A stretch of 64,000 nt of DNA, taken from Convolutriloba macropyga (Eukaryota). Below the pieces are notes generated by a model. The model saw only the letters and a program-made list of their open reading frames with translations. It ran no database searches and was not told the origin of the DNA. Below are positions 1-13,405 of this stretch, in pieces (positions within the stretch are counted from its first letter, which is position 1; each line of letters begins with the position of its first letter). Made by a program: the position numbers and the translations under genes. Where the stretch lies: positions 79,236,001 through 79,300,000 of the forward strand of contig NC_134468.1 in the NCBI RefSeq assembly GCF_964194025.1, written 5' to 3'.

Positions 1-2714
1 TTTTATCTCAAACCACTGTTTTTTGTATTATATTTCTTTCAAATTTCTCAGGTGTGGTCACGTCAACTAATCAAAATAACATAGAATACTCACTTAACTG
101 AAAAACTTGCTTTCGTTTAGCATCTTGCAGTAATTATTGAAAAAAAGACATTTCTACCTGAACAAAAATATACCTTTTGTTGTCAAGTAAAAACATATCA
201 AATATCGATTAAAATTTTCAATTGATGAGACTGCTAATGAGAATGCAAGCATTTGAACAGCACAGGGATCAATGTTACTTTAGTTCTGAACTCAGGGCAG
301 TTAATGAAGAAAAAAATTCGATATCTCTTATAATGTTCTTTTTTCAATATGTTACCTTCTTATGTTGTTTATCAATTTTTTTTATCTCTCCGCAATTGTT
401 GCTTTTTGATCTCTCTTACAGAATAAAATGCGTAATTCTGTAATATTAACGCCCGAATGTTTTTCATCAAAGTATATATCTAATGAGAAAATTTGTCCCT
501 TAATTTGTAAAAAAAATAATTTTCAACATTGCCAAAGATTTTCCTGATTTTTTATTTTTTACTCAAATGAAAAACATAGCAATGATATGTTCAAGTTTTT
601 TCGATATTTAAGAAAAACCAACAAAAAATACAATTTGAAAAACACAAATGTTCCACCTTTCTCATCAAAATCCATTTTTCTGTTGATCTCGTCCCAAATA
701 ACTCAGGCAATTCTATGAACAATCAACAAAACTGATATTCACATGAGATAGGTGAGTTGGGTTTGAAAACAGCAGCGGTGCCCATTGAATATCTCTATTT
801 CTTTCTTGTTTTAATGATTTTGCTTATTCCTCCGTACTTTGACTTGGAATTGAAAAATCTAAGAAAAAGAAGCGCTAATGTTCACATTTTTTTTGGAGGA
901 CAGACAAAACACATAACAGACAAAAAAGATTTCTAAATTGTTTTATTCTTTTCATTATCCCTAGAAAAATTGTCTTCTATAGTTTTCTTGTACATGGGGA
1001 GTATCACAGATGTTTATGATTTTCACTTGATTTTGCGATTAAGCGTCCGTTTCAGGTTTTTATCAGCGTTAGCGTCAGTTAATTTTTTCCATTGTGATTT
1101 TGTATGAAATTTATTATTAAATCAAAATCCTATTGATCTACAAAAAATAAAAGCTTAAAATTTGTAGTAAGAAGAAAAATTACCCCCAAAATGTTTAGAA
1201 AATGTCGATTCACTTTTTTCTTTCTGATGTTTTCCTCTCATTTTTTCCTTCACCACTTTTGTTTTCAGCCTGCTCTAAAATTTGTAGTTCTTTCTCTTTT
1301 AAAAAAACAATATTTTTTGATAGCTTCAAAATTGTAATTTATATCTTTTCTAACGTGATTTTATAAAAAAGATGAAATTTGACCGCAGAAAACTCCCACC
1401 TCGCTTTTATGAATGAATGAGCACAAAACCGTAGTTCACAACTCAGTGCATGCACGGGAAAGGTGTGATGACGATGTAATGGCGGGAACGTGTGAAGTGT
1501 CAGTGTCAGTGTCCATGTGGGTCTCAGTGTCAGTTTCAGCAATTCAACACTTGAACAACCTTGAAACAACCTTTGGATCTCTTAAAACAGGCAAAAAACA
1601 AAACTTTTTATTGATTTTTATCAAAAACTGCAATTTTGAATGATTATTTCACATTATGCACTCTATTAATTGAACTTTTTTTAGTTCAGACAACGTTTTT
1701 CTCTTAACAAGAAATAGGCTGAACGTCTTAATGTTCAGAAAAAAACCAGTCTGAATTTTACGCTGTCCAGAAAAAATTCAGTGCATGACTCATCAAAATT
1801 TCATTCTGTGCAGACCAAACCCAGTCTATTTTTCAGTCTGAGAAGAATAAAATCATAAACAGTTTCTGAAATTTCTTACAATTATCAGGCCATAAAATGC
1901 CCTGTCAAGAAATCTTGAAATAGAAAAAATCAGAATGGATTTTTCATGATTCAGTACTGAATTATTATGACACTCAGATCCGGGAAACCTCATCACAGAG
2001 GTTTTTTGTCCTTTATTATACGGAAATTGAATGTTACGTATTTGTAAATAAAATTTCAGGATCTTTTCCGTTTGTGCCAGCTTAGTAGTTTCTACTAATA
2101 TAGTTTCTGTATGCCAGCTTATTGTCATCACAGGAAATCAAAAGAATTGTTCTGGGTCATTTTGTGTTATTCCTACAATAATACGTGACCGAAGATTTGT
2201 TTCCGATTTCTGCAAAAAGGGTATTGAGTTCCTGTATAGTGTCTCTTTTTCAAAGTTTACATTTTTGTTGGTATCTTCCAATTAAGGAATCGGTTTTCAG
2301 CTTTGCCAGCACTATCACTTCCACTATTTTCCAGGAGTTTATGGCAATTCTTTTTGATTTTATGGATAAACTAATAAGATACTTCGGTGTTGTTTTGAAG
2401 AGTTCATTCTGATAACATCAATGTATTAGATGCACCAAACGAAATACGTCCCTAGAAAAATGAAACAGATCATATTTTTCGTGAATTTTTTTGTTAAAAA
2501 AGAAAGAGGCCTTCGAACACATTTTTGGTTTTCAAAAAATTATTTTTTGTTGAGAAACATCGAATTTCAAAATTTTCAAAACTTTTTCAAAATTCCATCA
2601 TATTAGGATCATAACCAAGAACTTTTCGATTTTAGTATAATTTAAAAATTGTTCTCCTTTGAATTCAAACTGACCTCCTCATAATAAAAGTAATCATTTC
2701 GTGATGTAAACTGA

Positions 2715-2720
2715 TTTATT
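2715..2720 (-). promoter_or_regulatory. Candidate polyadenylation signal AATAAA
   Basis: TTTATT on the + strand just past the stop at 2792. The hexamer is common in this AT-rich DNA. Confidence 0.4.
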
Positions 2721-2791
2721 GTATTTTGCATAGTATGAAACAGATTAAATCATAATTTGATCCTCAGTTATAAAGAAGAGTGATTGTGTCA

Positions 2792-3591
2792 TTACAAAAT
2801 GCTTTCTCTGTCGTTATCTGTGAAAGCTAAGTAGACATCGCTGTGACGTAACACCGGATCCTGATTCCCTATCGATTCGGGTGGGGAGGGGTACTGATCG
2901 GAGGAGTCCTCACTCGGAATATTAGCCGAACATCCCTGGGCAATATCCATGGACATTTGGTTTTTCCAGGGTGGCTCGTACGACTTAACAGGAGAAGTTA
3001 TACCTCTGACGTCACAATTCCTGCTCGCGCTATCGCCGCGTTTGTGGGCGGAGCTTCCTACTCGGTGTTTTACAGCCCGAACTGTTGTATGTTCCGAGTT
3101 GCTGGTTCGACTCGTCTCGTATCGCCTCGGTGACGTCATACTCGTGTACGCATATTGGTTCATTCGTCGTTCGATGTCGGCCATCCGAGACATCGTACTG
3201 GACGTTGTCGGTTCCTGCCCAGACGAAGTGAAATCAACACCAGTCGGAGAACTGTTTTCATAGTACTCCGGGTACAAACTGGGATCGGGCGGTAGTCGTT
3301 TTTTGCGTTGTACAGAAGTCGTAGAACCCGGAGACGATAGAGGTTGTTCAGTATTATTATTATTGTTATTGTTATTTAAAGTTTGTGCCCTGTTTGAGTT
3401 AAAGTTTGGACTGTTTTGAAGGTTTCTGTAGGAACTCTGGATGGTCCGGTTACTTCCAGAAGATAAACCAGGTGAATGTATAGTGCTATGATGGTCATGA
3501 TAGTGTGGTTGTTGTTTTGTTTGGATCAGGTATTGTTTACCCTTGTGAGTTAAGTCAGCATACTCGTGAGCTTCGTCTGTATTTTGATAGC
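2792..3591 (-). CDS. Terminal coding exon, low-complexity tail ending ...DNDRESIL*; putatively exon 9 of the SLC16-like gene
   Basis: TTTTTCAG acceptor at 3592; phase 1 matches the 7042 donor. 800-nt open frame (G)YQNTDEAHEYADL...poly-Asn...KKRLPPDPSLYPEYYEN...DVYLAFTDNDRESIL*. AATAAA 72 nt downstream. Confidence 0.85.
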
Positions 3592-5730
3592 CTGAAAAAC
3601 AGTCATTAATTTATACTTGCGTCTCAAATTAGGCGAATCCCTGGTTTAGACCTCAACTTATGAAAAGTTCATGCTGGACCGAAAAGTGACGACGAAAGAC
3701 CGTGCTCGACCCAATGATTTGAGCTCGGCGCAAATTATTCACGCTAGACCTTTTGTGTCCGACTACAGCCTGACCCACTTTTCTACGCTGGGCGTTTTTT
3801 CGACCTATAATGTAATGCTGGACTCAAAAATGTAGAAATGAAAAAAAAAATGCTGAACTGTTGTCACATAATAATATCATAAACGATTTTTTCTTCAGTC
3901 TGTTTTTCGTCTCGAAAAATTATACGTGCAATTCTTTTGCAAACTGTTCTTTATAACGTATTCATGCTCTTTCTTTGGTCGCATTTTGCAAGAACCGCTA
4001 TACAGTGAAAATCTGCGATGTTATAAGAAAATGATTTCTTTGTATTTTTAACGGTAAAACATATAGAAAATGCCATACTTTCAACAAGGATAATCGGAAG
4101 ATGACTATTACACTTACGCTAATTATTTCCAATCAATTATGTAATACGTCAATTTTATCCAACTGCAACAACTGATTTATCTCAAGAATTCAATACATTG
4201 TTTCAGAATTTTAGCATTTTTCAGCTGTTTTTAAGTTTTATTCCTCTGTTGCAATGCTGTTTAGCATTGCTTCTATGGTTCTTCAGTATAACAGGAAACA
4301 AAAAAAAACATTTTCCGAATTGCACGGAATCAGACATATGGAAAGATTTTTTGCTCGCGCAATGGAAAAACCAAGGTCCGCTCACAAATTTTGCATAGGT
4401 CCACCGTTAAAGTACTCTTTCTTGGCTGATGTAAAGACTACACTTCAACCAAAAAGCCCATAAAAATCCATGTTCACCAAACCGATCATGAAAAAACTTT
4501 CGCTTGATACAAGGAAAAAATTTAACTAGCCTTTGCGTAGGGAGCCCCATTGTATAATTTAAGTCAAAATAGGCCTCCACTAGAAATTTTAGGTGTTTTT
4601 TAGTTGGGGGTGAAACATGGGATACTGTTCGATATCAATAAACTCGCATTTTTGATTTGCAGTACAAACTTGTAGAAAAATTTGCATTTAAATCAGAAGG
4701 ATAAAAAAAGGAAAATAGCTCGATCAGTTGAATCAATTTCAGTTTTTCAGGCATTTTATCGTCACAATTGTCACCGATTTGTTAGCTTGTCCTAATGTTC
4801 ATCCATTCTTTATTACCTTTGTTTTATTCTCTTAAAACTGTATAATTGTTTTTCCTTTTAAATTCTAAGACAATTTCAGTTAGCAGACAATGTGGAGCTT
4901 AATTATACTGCTATAAAAATTTGGGCAAATTGAGTATCACCATCAGTTCAAGGTTACGCTGGCTTAGATGTTCCAATTGTTTATTTTTAGTTTCAGGTAG
5001 ATTTCAGGTTGAAGTAAAGAATATTATTAACCAGCGTACTGGGTTCAATTCAATCCGCCCTGAATAATATATACGCTCGTTCACCATTTTGATACTCAAC
5101 GGTTATGCGAATAGAATACCAAGTTTTTTTTCATGAAACGTTTTTTGGCTTTTTTAATTTAATACAGAGCAAGATTATGTTGCAAAACATTCACAAAGCT
5201 CAATTTAAAGAATTTAAGATAACCTTCCAGTGTGATGCTTCATAAATGAACTAGGCTTTTGCAGTTGAAAGGAAATCAGCTGATTAGCGCTTCAATAATA
5301 TGAAATCTTTATTTTGATTCATTTCGTTCAAACCAGTAAATTTATTGAAAAAAGTTTCGAAGAAGTTTTGTAAACTGGAGATTAAAAACCTCCGATATAA
5401 GTCATTTCATTGTTTTTTTTCTAGAAGTATCTAAATTGTGTGCGATTATGAGTACAGCCCGCGAAAACAAGAACACTTCACACCTAAAGTTCTTGACAAT
5501 CAAATTGATTGTTATTTAAAAGAACAACAAATTAATAGGCAGTTCCAGTTTTCAACAAACGTTTTCAGTTTGGTTTTTATTTTGAATTGGAATTATTTTT
5601 TTTACTTTGTTCTGATCAACCAGAAACGTGAATAAACCTTTAAAAAATTATCCTAAAACTGTGAATAATTTTTTGAATTCACAATTTTGTCCCAATTCTA
5701 GTGCTTCTCGATTTCATCCGCCTTAGAACC

Positions 5731-5949
5731 TACCCGTAAGAAGAACGAACATCTAGGGGGATGGAGAGCGTGGGTTCAATCCCCGTGCAGAACTTTGTTT
5801 TCGCACTTGGATTAAGACTTGCCAAGTCTTGGCCAGGTCTGACAAGTCTTAAATTTGTTATGATCATAGCTCTGAATCAGTACTGAGAAATATAGACTTG
5901 GAATTAGACTTGCCCAGTACTGATATTGACTTGGCGTTAGGTACGGGTA
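5731..5949. mobile_element. Short derivative of the 13406-14345 MITE family with a tRNA-like B-box
   Basis: 5806-5949 closely matches 14205-14345. Bounded by TACCCGTA...TACGGGTA; contains GGGTTCAATCCC. Confidence 0.65.
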
Positions 5950-7041
5950 CAGTCACGGCCAATTATGGACCTCAAACGAATTATGCTGGAAGCGTGTGAG
6001 TTTAGTTTTTCGACGCACGTTTCACTTTTATCTCACTACTTACGTCACTCTCTGACGTTAACAGTAGTTAAAGTCAAGTGAAGATATCTTAACTTAAGTG
6101 AATGTTATTTGAGGTCAAATTCATAGTTTATAAAATTGAACCAGTTGCAAGCATCTCAAACGAAATTTGTATAAAAATTTTCTCGTTCGAATTTTTTAGG
6201 TGTGTTTTTATTTGTATTTTGAGTCTGCAGGTTGTTGAAGCTGTATATTTTTGCATTCTGCTAGCCATGTTTATTTAATTGCTTGATCTTTATATTATTT
6301 CTTTCATCTAGTGAAGAGAGGGAGTTTTATATAATTGGCTGCATACGAGAATTCGAGATAGGTTGCTCATTATTTGAAAGCTGTTGTTCATTTTTTTTAA
6401 ATATGCTACCATAATCCTTTTGAAAACCGGGAAATCGTTGCGTCAAAAAAATCTTTAAATAGGCATCGATGTTTCAAACTTAGCTAGGATTAACATCAAG
6501 GCTGAGGGTAAGTTTTAATTTGATGAACACTTATTTCAAATAAATAATTTCAAATCATTTGAATTGTTTATTATTTAAAAGGTTGGAACATTGTGCAAAC
6601 GCTCATTACGTTTTCCATGTTCATTTCCAGCCTGATTCAGATCGTAGCTGAGGAAGTTTTGCACAAAGAGACCATGAAAGAGTTCGCCAGAAATATTTTT
6701 GCTCGTTAATGCTCTCAAATTAGGTAAACTAACCAGCTTGTTTGCGTAGTAAGAACGCGCGTCAAATTTCTTTCCATCCGTGCTCGTTGTTATTTGTCTG
6801 ATGGTTAGAAACCAAAGCTGATACCAGAGCAGAAACCAAACCCCATTTCTTTGTTACATAATTAGCAAGTGGCGAATCTAATTTGAATATATTACGAAAC
6901 AAAAAAAAAGATAAGTATCGAAATTTGGTAAATTTAGGGGGGAAATTAAAGCAAAATGAGACCGACACTGACTTGTAAAGATGATTAATTAAGGCGCACC
7001 TCGACATAAGAAGCTGCATATAGTGATAAGGCTATACCTAC

Positions 7042-7363
7042 CCATAGGATTGTCTATCGAGTCATCGGCATCCAAGTCGAAACTCTCGTCATGCTGTCTC
7101 ATTCGTTCGATGTACTTGTCAGTGTTCGGATCTCCACTCACGACGGCAGTGGTCACGTGATGCTCATTCACTTGCTTATTACGCAACATTGCGGCATTTT
7201 CCACAGGCGAGGAGTTGTCGGTTGGAGTCACGAGAGAGATCGTGGATCCGATGCTCTGTTTGATTGATTTGAGAACTGAAGAACCCAGACTGGAGGGTCT
7301 GACAGCCGAAGATTCGTTTTGGTCTGGAAGTCCCAAGTATGTGCCACATTTGGTTGCGTCTTC
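7042..7363 (-). CDS. Internal coding exon, Ser-rich disordered; putatively exon 8 of the SLC16-like gene
   Basis: TTTTCAG|EDATKCGTYLGLPDQNESSAVRPSS...DSIDNPM-G|GTAGGT. GC-rich island in AT-rich DNA; phase 0/1. Confidence 0.8.
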
Positions 7364-8164
7364 CTGAAAAATTGTGATAATTACAACACTTGAAAAGTTG
7401 TGAACCCTAAAAATGCAATTTTTATTCGAAACGGTCCATGAAGAGAACTTGCTGTATCGGAATCGAGAGGAGAAAATTGGGAGAATTTGAACTCATCGTT
7501 GACTTTACCTCTACGTAGATATATTGTTCATAGCCATTGAGAAACTGGACCAAAATACTTGCTAAGAACCCTGAAATTTGATACTGACAGTAATTTTGAT
7601 TTTGACATGAATTGAGACAGCACTTCGATTTAAATCGTTTGAGAAAATATCTTATAATCTGTTGATTCCCTCATATTTCTGGGCAAAAAAATCTAACAAT
7701 AATAAATTGTTTACGGATTACGCATGATACAAACGGGCATTTACATAATTTATTTATTTTCAAATGTTACATGCGCTCCGAAAGGACACCATTGACCCCT
7801 ATGGATCGTTTTCAGGCGCCTTTGTGAGGAAGATAAACAAAAGAGTTTGTTGGGTTTATGCAGGGAAAAGGAATACTATGTGTCTAAAAAAAGTTTCAAA
7901 TAAAACCAAAACACAATTCTTGGATTTAAACGGCAGTATACAACTTACAAATATCGATCGTTCCAATCAGCAAAAATATAGTTTTTTATGTCTAAAGAAC
8001 CAATAACATAGTTTTTAAGGAAACTTGTGGAGAAAGCTTTAACCTGTTTTTCTTTCATTTTTCTCAGGCTTTTGAAAAAAGTAGGATCTAAACCAAGCAA
8101 GCAGTTGCATAGTTTTCTCAACCTTACTGTGATTGAGCAATTACTTAGTTTAGGGTAACTCATT

Positions 8165-10850
8165 TTAAGTTATTTTTTTTGTTTTTCTCATCCCATCAAT
8201 TTCAATCAGCTCTTTTTCTGCGATTGCTTTTTTCAGTTGTTCGACATTGCATTCTTTTCGTATCACTTTTATCAGCAACTTTAGCAGTTCGTAAATATGG
8301 AGTTCTTGTGTGCTGTAGATGTTGTTTTCTTCTCGTATTTTTGTAGTTGACTCAAATTTTTTCTTAAAAAAGATTGTTCTAAGCAATCTGTTTACTTTGT
8401 TATCATTAGGCTGTAGAATGCTTTTTGTCGACGACCCATAAGCTATGACTCCGTACTGTATGATTGGCTGTACATAAGTCTTATAGACTCTTATCATATG
8501 CGATACTTTTAGGAACTTTCTCAGACGATAAAACATAGCAGTGAACTGGTTCAGCTTCTTCTGGATAATATTGCTATGTTCGGAAAAGCTTAAACGGTGA
8601 TCTAGAATGATGCCTAAATACTTGAAACTGTTTACATTTTCTATTTTTTCCGCGTAAAGTGAAAAGCCGTCTTCACTGGCTTTCTTTTGCCTGAAAGACA
8701 TTGTCTTTGTTTTTTTGATATTTAGTGTGAGCCCATTTTGCTCTAGCCAGTGTGTAACATTGTTTAGAGCCAATTGATGCTTGCTATCTATTGTTTTTGG
8801 AGTTCCAATGGTTTTTATAGCGGTATCGTCAGCAAAAAGATAATCTGTACTATTTTCATTGTTTCATGAAATGTCGTTTATATAAAGAATAAACAGCAGT
8901 GGTCCAAGGATGGAACCCTGCGGTACTCCAAACAACACTTGTCTAGATTTTGAAGATTTTCCTTTCACTTTTACTACCTGTGTTCTGTTGTGCAGAAAGG
9001 AAGCTATTATGCTTAAAGTTTTACACCTCAATCCATAATCTTAACATTTCTCTAGGAGAATGTGATGGTCGACAGTATCAAGTGCTTTTTTCAAGTCCAG
9101 AAAAGTAACCTTGATTTCATTTGCGTTATTTTGTTTATTCATTCTGATATCCTCCAACAATGAAACAATTGCGTCGGTAGTGTTGTGGTTTGATCTAAAC
9201 CCAAATTGATTAGCTTTTAGTATCTTGAATTTTTCTATATAGTTTTTAATTCTATCAAAAATTAGGAACTCAAATATTTTGCCAATGATAGGTAACAATG
9301 AGATCGGTCTGTAATTCTCTGGTTTGCTCTTGTCTCCTTCTTTATGGAGTGGTGTTATGGCTGCTATTTTAAAAGGCTTCGGAAAATTTCCCTCCTCAAA
9401 ACATTTGTTGAAGGGCATCGTGAGAACCGGCGAAACACTTGCCGATACAGCTTTGATATAGACGTAATTCAAATTATAGCAATCTGTGCTGTACTTTTTC
9501 TTAGTCTTAGCGATAGCGGCAGTAACTTCTTCTTCATCAATTGTCCTGAAAAACATAGAATTTATTTGTTTTGCTCTCTGTGTCAGTTTTGGTGAAAAAA
9601 TTTTTTTGCTAAGTTAGCTCCTTTTGTAGCAAAAAATTATTGAATTTATTAAGATCATCAACAGCGTTCTTTTCTACTGTTTTTTCATCTCCATTGATAT
9701 TGACTACTTCGTTAACAAACTGAAAAAAATTCCTGTTTCTGTTTCCAGCTTGTCTTTATTTGGTTTTCATAAAAATCTGACATCTTTCCTCTTATTTTTT
9801 TCCTCAACAATTTGGAATGTTTTTTGTACGCTTCTTTATCACTTTGGGATTTTGTTGTTAGGTAACGCTTCCAGAGTTGGCTTTTTTTAGCTGAGCATTT
9901 TTTTACTTCTCTGTCAATCCAATCTTTCTTGGCGCCTTGTTTTGATGGCTTTACAGGTAAAAAAGTATTGAGTGCCTCAACCAGTTTCTCATGTACGATT
10001 TCTGCACACCGGTTGGTATCACTTGTTGATAATTGGCCGCTCACTGATTCGAATTTTTTCTGGAGAAAAGAATTGAGCTCAAGGAGGAGATGATCATTGT
10101 CTAGTTTATTCCAGTTTCTTCTCAGTACTTGAACACTTTCAAAATTTTTCTCTCTTTTTACAAGCTCGAGTCCCACCGTGTAATGGTCGCTGATTTTGGT
10201 TTTTTCAACAAAACTTTTTGGTTTGAAATTTGTGAAAAAAAAATCAATACAAGTTTTTGTCCTAATTGTTTCGCGCGTTGCTGTTTGAGGGTCTACAAGA
10301 GCCAAAGCATTCATTTCCATTTGGTTAATTATTAAGGTCGATTTTGCCAATTTCTTCAAAAAATTAACATTTAGGTCGCCACACACGATATGTAGAGTAC
10401 CGGGTGTCATACTTATTTGATCAATATAGGAAAAAAATTTTTCAAAGGTTTCTGCTTTTTTAGCATTGGGCGGAATGTATATACAAGTCACTAAGTGTGT
10501 TTTATCGGAAAAGTTAATCTCCTCAAACTAATAGCTTGCAGACTGTTTGTATCAACTGATGCAATTGTTTTCTTTGTCGCTTTTTTGTGTACAAAAATGC
10601 CAACACCACCTCCTCTTTTTTTTCTGTTGGATGTTTCTATCTTGAGGTAGTTCTGCAGAGAAAAACAATCGCTTTCAAAGCTATTTTTTAACCAAGTTTC
10701 AGTTAGGCAGATTGCCAATGGCTCAACCTCTGTCTGACTAATAAAAACTTTGAATTCATCAAAATTTTTTGTTAAAGAACGAATGATTTAAAGAAGTATC
10801 CACTCCTTTGCCGTTTTAACTGAGGTGTCCTTGTTTTCTGAAACCTCCAT
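8165..10850 (-). pseudogene. LINE ORF2 (AP endonuclease + reverse transcriptase), frameshifted
   Basis: APE motifs AICLTETWL, CIYIPP, VCGDLNVN, SDHY. RT motifs ENYRPISLLP, NQFGFR, FLDLKKALDTVDH, GVPQGSILGPLLFILYIND, LFADD, FKYLGIILD. Spread over at least five frame segments. Confidence 0.93.
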
Positions 10851-11519
10851 ATGTTCTTTTGTCTGCGTTTTTAGCATTATGCCTGTCTGGTTTTTATCAG
10901 CATCTCATCCTAACAGCGCATGACTGTTAAAAAAACAAAACAAAAAACATAACAAAACAAAAAAAAACAAAAAAGGAACTTTGGAAAACTGCAAGAGAAA
11001 AAATGTGAAACAAAAGTTTTGAACAAAACTACAAATTTTGGATAGTTTTTAGAGTGTTCCTAGTTGCTTTAATATCTCCGCGGAGATCGCAGAGTTTTTC
11101 TTTTTCTGTAGGCTTCAACTCCCCTTCTTCCAACCTGTGCAGGTTGCGGAGATCGCAACTAGGTTGAAAGGCACCAGCGGAGATCACTGGTAGGTTCGTA
11201 GAAACCTAAAAAAAAGTTGCTCTGTCAATATACAGCTAGATTTATCTATTTGTGCTTTGTTCCTACCAAATGTGTTTATCTTCCCGTGAGAAATCAATTT
11301 ATTTTTGAACAGAAAAATAATCGAAAGTTCTTTGAAGTCAATCAAAACCAAAAGGTTGAGATAAGCATTAAGTTTGTCTTAGTTCCTTTACTCTCTACCG
11401 AAGCAGTGGCGTTTGTTATGTGGCGATAGTTTTTCGACGCTGTTGCGTTCAGTTGCTTGTCTTTTTTTGACGGCATCTAAGTTGTCCAACTTCTTGTACT
11501 TAGACAAACTTAGTTTTTT

Positions 11520-12400
11520 CGATTCCATCATGAACCAAAACTGAGACAACACAATTGTTGGTGCTCGTAATCATGTCTCGCTTGTGTGCCTCGTTTCGTA
11601 TTTCCTGTTCACATTCAGGCAGCGACTCGTACATGTATATATTTAGCTTAAATTTTTTTTGTTTCGTAGGCTCCTGCGTTTTTTGTACACATCAATTTTG
11701 TCCTGGTAGAATATGAACTTACAGATAACAGTGGAATTTGTTTTGGCATTGTTACCGGGTAATAGGTGGCAAGCTTTTAACCGATTATAGTCTATTTTCA
11801 TACCAAGAAAATTTTGAAAAAATTTCAAAGTGTCTCGGGTGACGTCTGCACTATTCCTTGCTTCAAATGGGGGATTGGAAATCAGCACACAATCTTTCCT
11901 GGAATACCGTTCCTGACACCGCAGGCGATCGTTCATGTTTTTTTTATTTTCCCGCAGTTTGGCAATTTCTTGCTCTTGTTGTTCGGTTTTTGAGCGCAAA
12001 AAACGAACCTCCTTGGTTAATTCGCTCACCTTTTCGGAATTGCTACTCACGAGACCCTAATCGCAGTTTGAAGATGTTGCTTCCATCTGCACCACAGCCA
12101 CAAATAAGTAAGAAGAAAAAAAACAATTAAATTCTGTAAATTGCAATGATGATGTAATCTAGTTAAGGATGTTGTTCAAATCGATGTTCTTTTTGTAGGC
12201 TTCTGCTAAAAAAAAACGCGTGTTTTTAGAACACAAATGTGAAGGTCAAAGCCGACTGAATTGCGCTTGCTTTTTTGCTTTCTTTGCTTTTGGGAAATCT
12301 GTGCACTTTCGACTAAAAGGCTTGAAACTGAATCTGCTGGTCTGCTTTTCTTGTGTTTTAAATGTTCAGAATCTCAAATGCCAAGCAAGTGTGCTGAATC
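11520..12400 (-). pseudogene. LINE ORF1 (coiled coil + RRM, L1-ORF1p-like)
   Basis: Heptad-rich segment, then QERYSRKDCVLISN..ACHLLP..VICKF; continues after a frameshift as IYMYESLPECEQEIRNEA. Confidence 0.75.
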
Positions 12401-12499
12401 CAATCTTAACTAATAGATTGTCCAGATGCTTAGTCACACCGATTACGTGCAATGATTAGTCAAAATTGTCATTCAATTAGAATTTTTTAATTGAAGGGA

Positions 12500-12660
12500 A
12501 CATTGTTGACAACATTGTTGAATGCTGCCCAATAAATGCTTTACGCTTGGCCCCTGTTCAGCACTTACAATTTTGTGACCTACAATTAATAATAATAATG
12601 TTTGGTTTCTGCGTAATCGCAGCGGCCTATTCTCAGCTGCCCTTTTCTTCTTAATAATAT
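12500..12660. repeat. Dispersed repeat fragment, with an inverted copy at ~31435-31690
   Basis: The reverse complement CAGCTGAGAATAGGCCGCTGCGATTACGCAG matches 31449-31500. Confidence 0.6.
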
Positions 12661-13405
12661 CCCCACATGCAATATTTCGTCAGGGCTTTCACACAAAAGT
12701 TTTCTCACTCTAGTTATTCATGCAGGAATTTGTAGCCCGTCCCATTTTACTTTTGTAAATTAATTACAGTTACACTGTTATTCCTCTGTTACGCTGCTAA
12801 AATCTTAATCCTTCCGAAGCCACGAACTTAAATGCAGTTCACAAGTGCATTTCAGAACACAAGCATAAACAAAGACTGCGATATTTATTCAATTCGAGAG
12901 AAATTTTGCACGAATTTGTATGGCTAGAATGTTTGTCAAGTAGACAGTAGTGTATCCAAATCGCTTACAAAAGATTAAATGTTGTCAAAAATTCGGTCAA
13001 CTTCAAGCGTGCTCATATTATCTCTGTCCTTTCCATGGACCAAGTGGAAAGTTTTACGATATGAAAACTTTAACAAGAACATAACTGTTGTAACTTCATT
13101 TTCTTTTATTTTTCGAAGTAGCGGCCACTAATTTTGACAATGAAAAGCTTTGAAAAAATGATAAACTATTATCTATCCAAAATCTATGCTTAAAAATAAT
13201 CGAAAAAATAAACGCGATATATAGTTTCAGAAACGGTAGTTTTTTTTCAGCTAAAATTTATTGTCTCTTCATTTTATAATTTTTCCCAAAAAACACATTG
13301 GAAATAGTCCGAGAGCTGAAATATAGCCCAGAATTACTTATCTACCACAGAATTGTTGTTAAAACGTTTGGCAGATGAGGAGCTCTTTCTTTTCATTTTT
13401 CTTAG

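Larger units (their letters stand above)
7748..12430 (-). mobile_element. Near full-length, decayed non-LTR retrotransposon (CR1/L2 group LINE)
   Basis: ORF1 and ORF2 remnants in the correct order, ~400-bp 3' UTR ending in an (AAAT)n-like tail at ~7748-7760. Multiple frameshifts and stops. The 5' boundary is approximate and no TSD was found. Confidence 0.9.

Noticed and set aside
2949-3263. Plus-strand 104-aa ORF
   Set aside because: Antisense shadow of the real minus-strand exon; the same applies to 28587-28802, 45497-45736 and 51672-51869.
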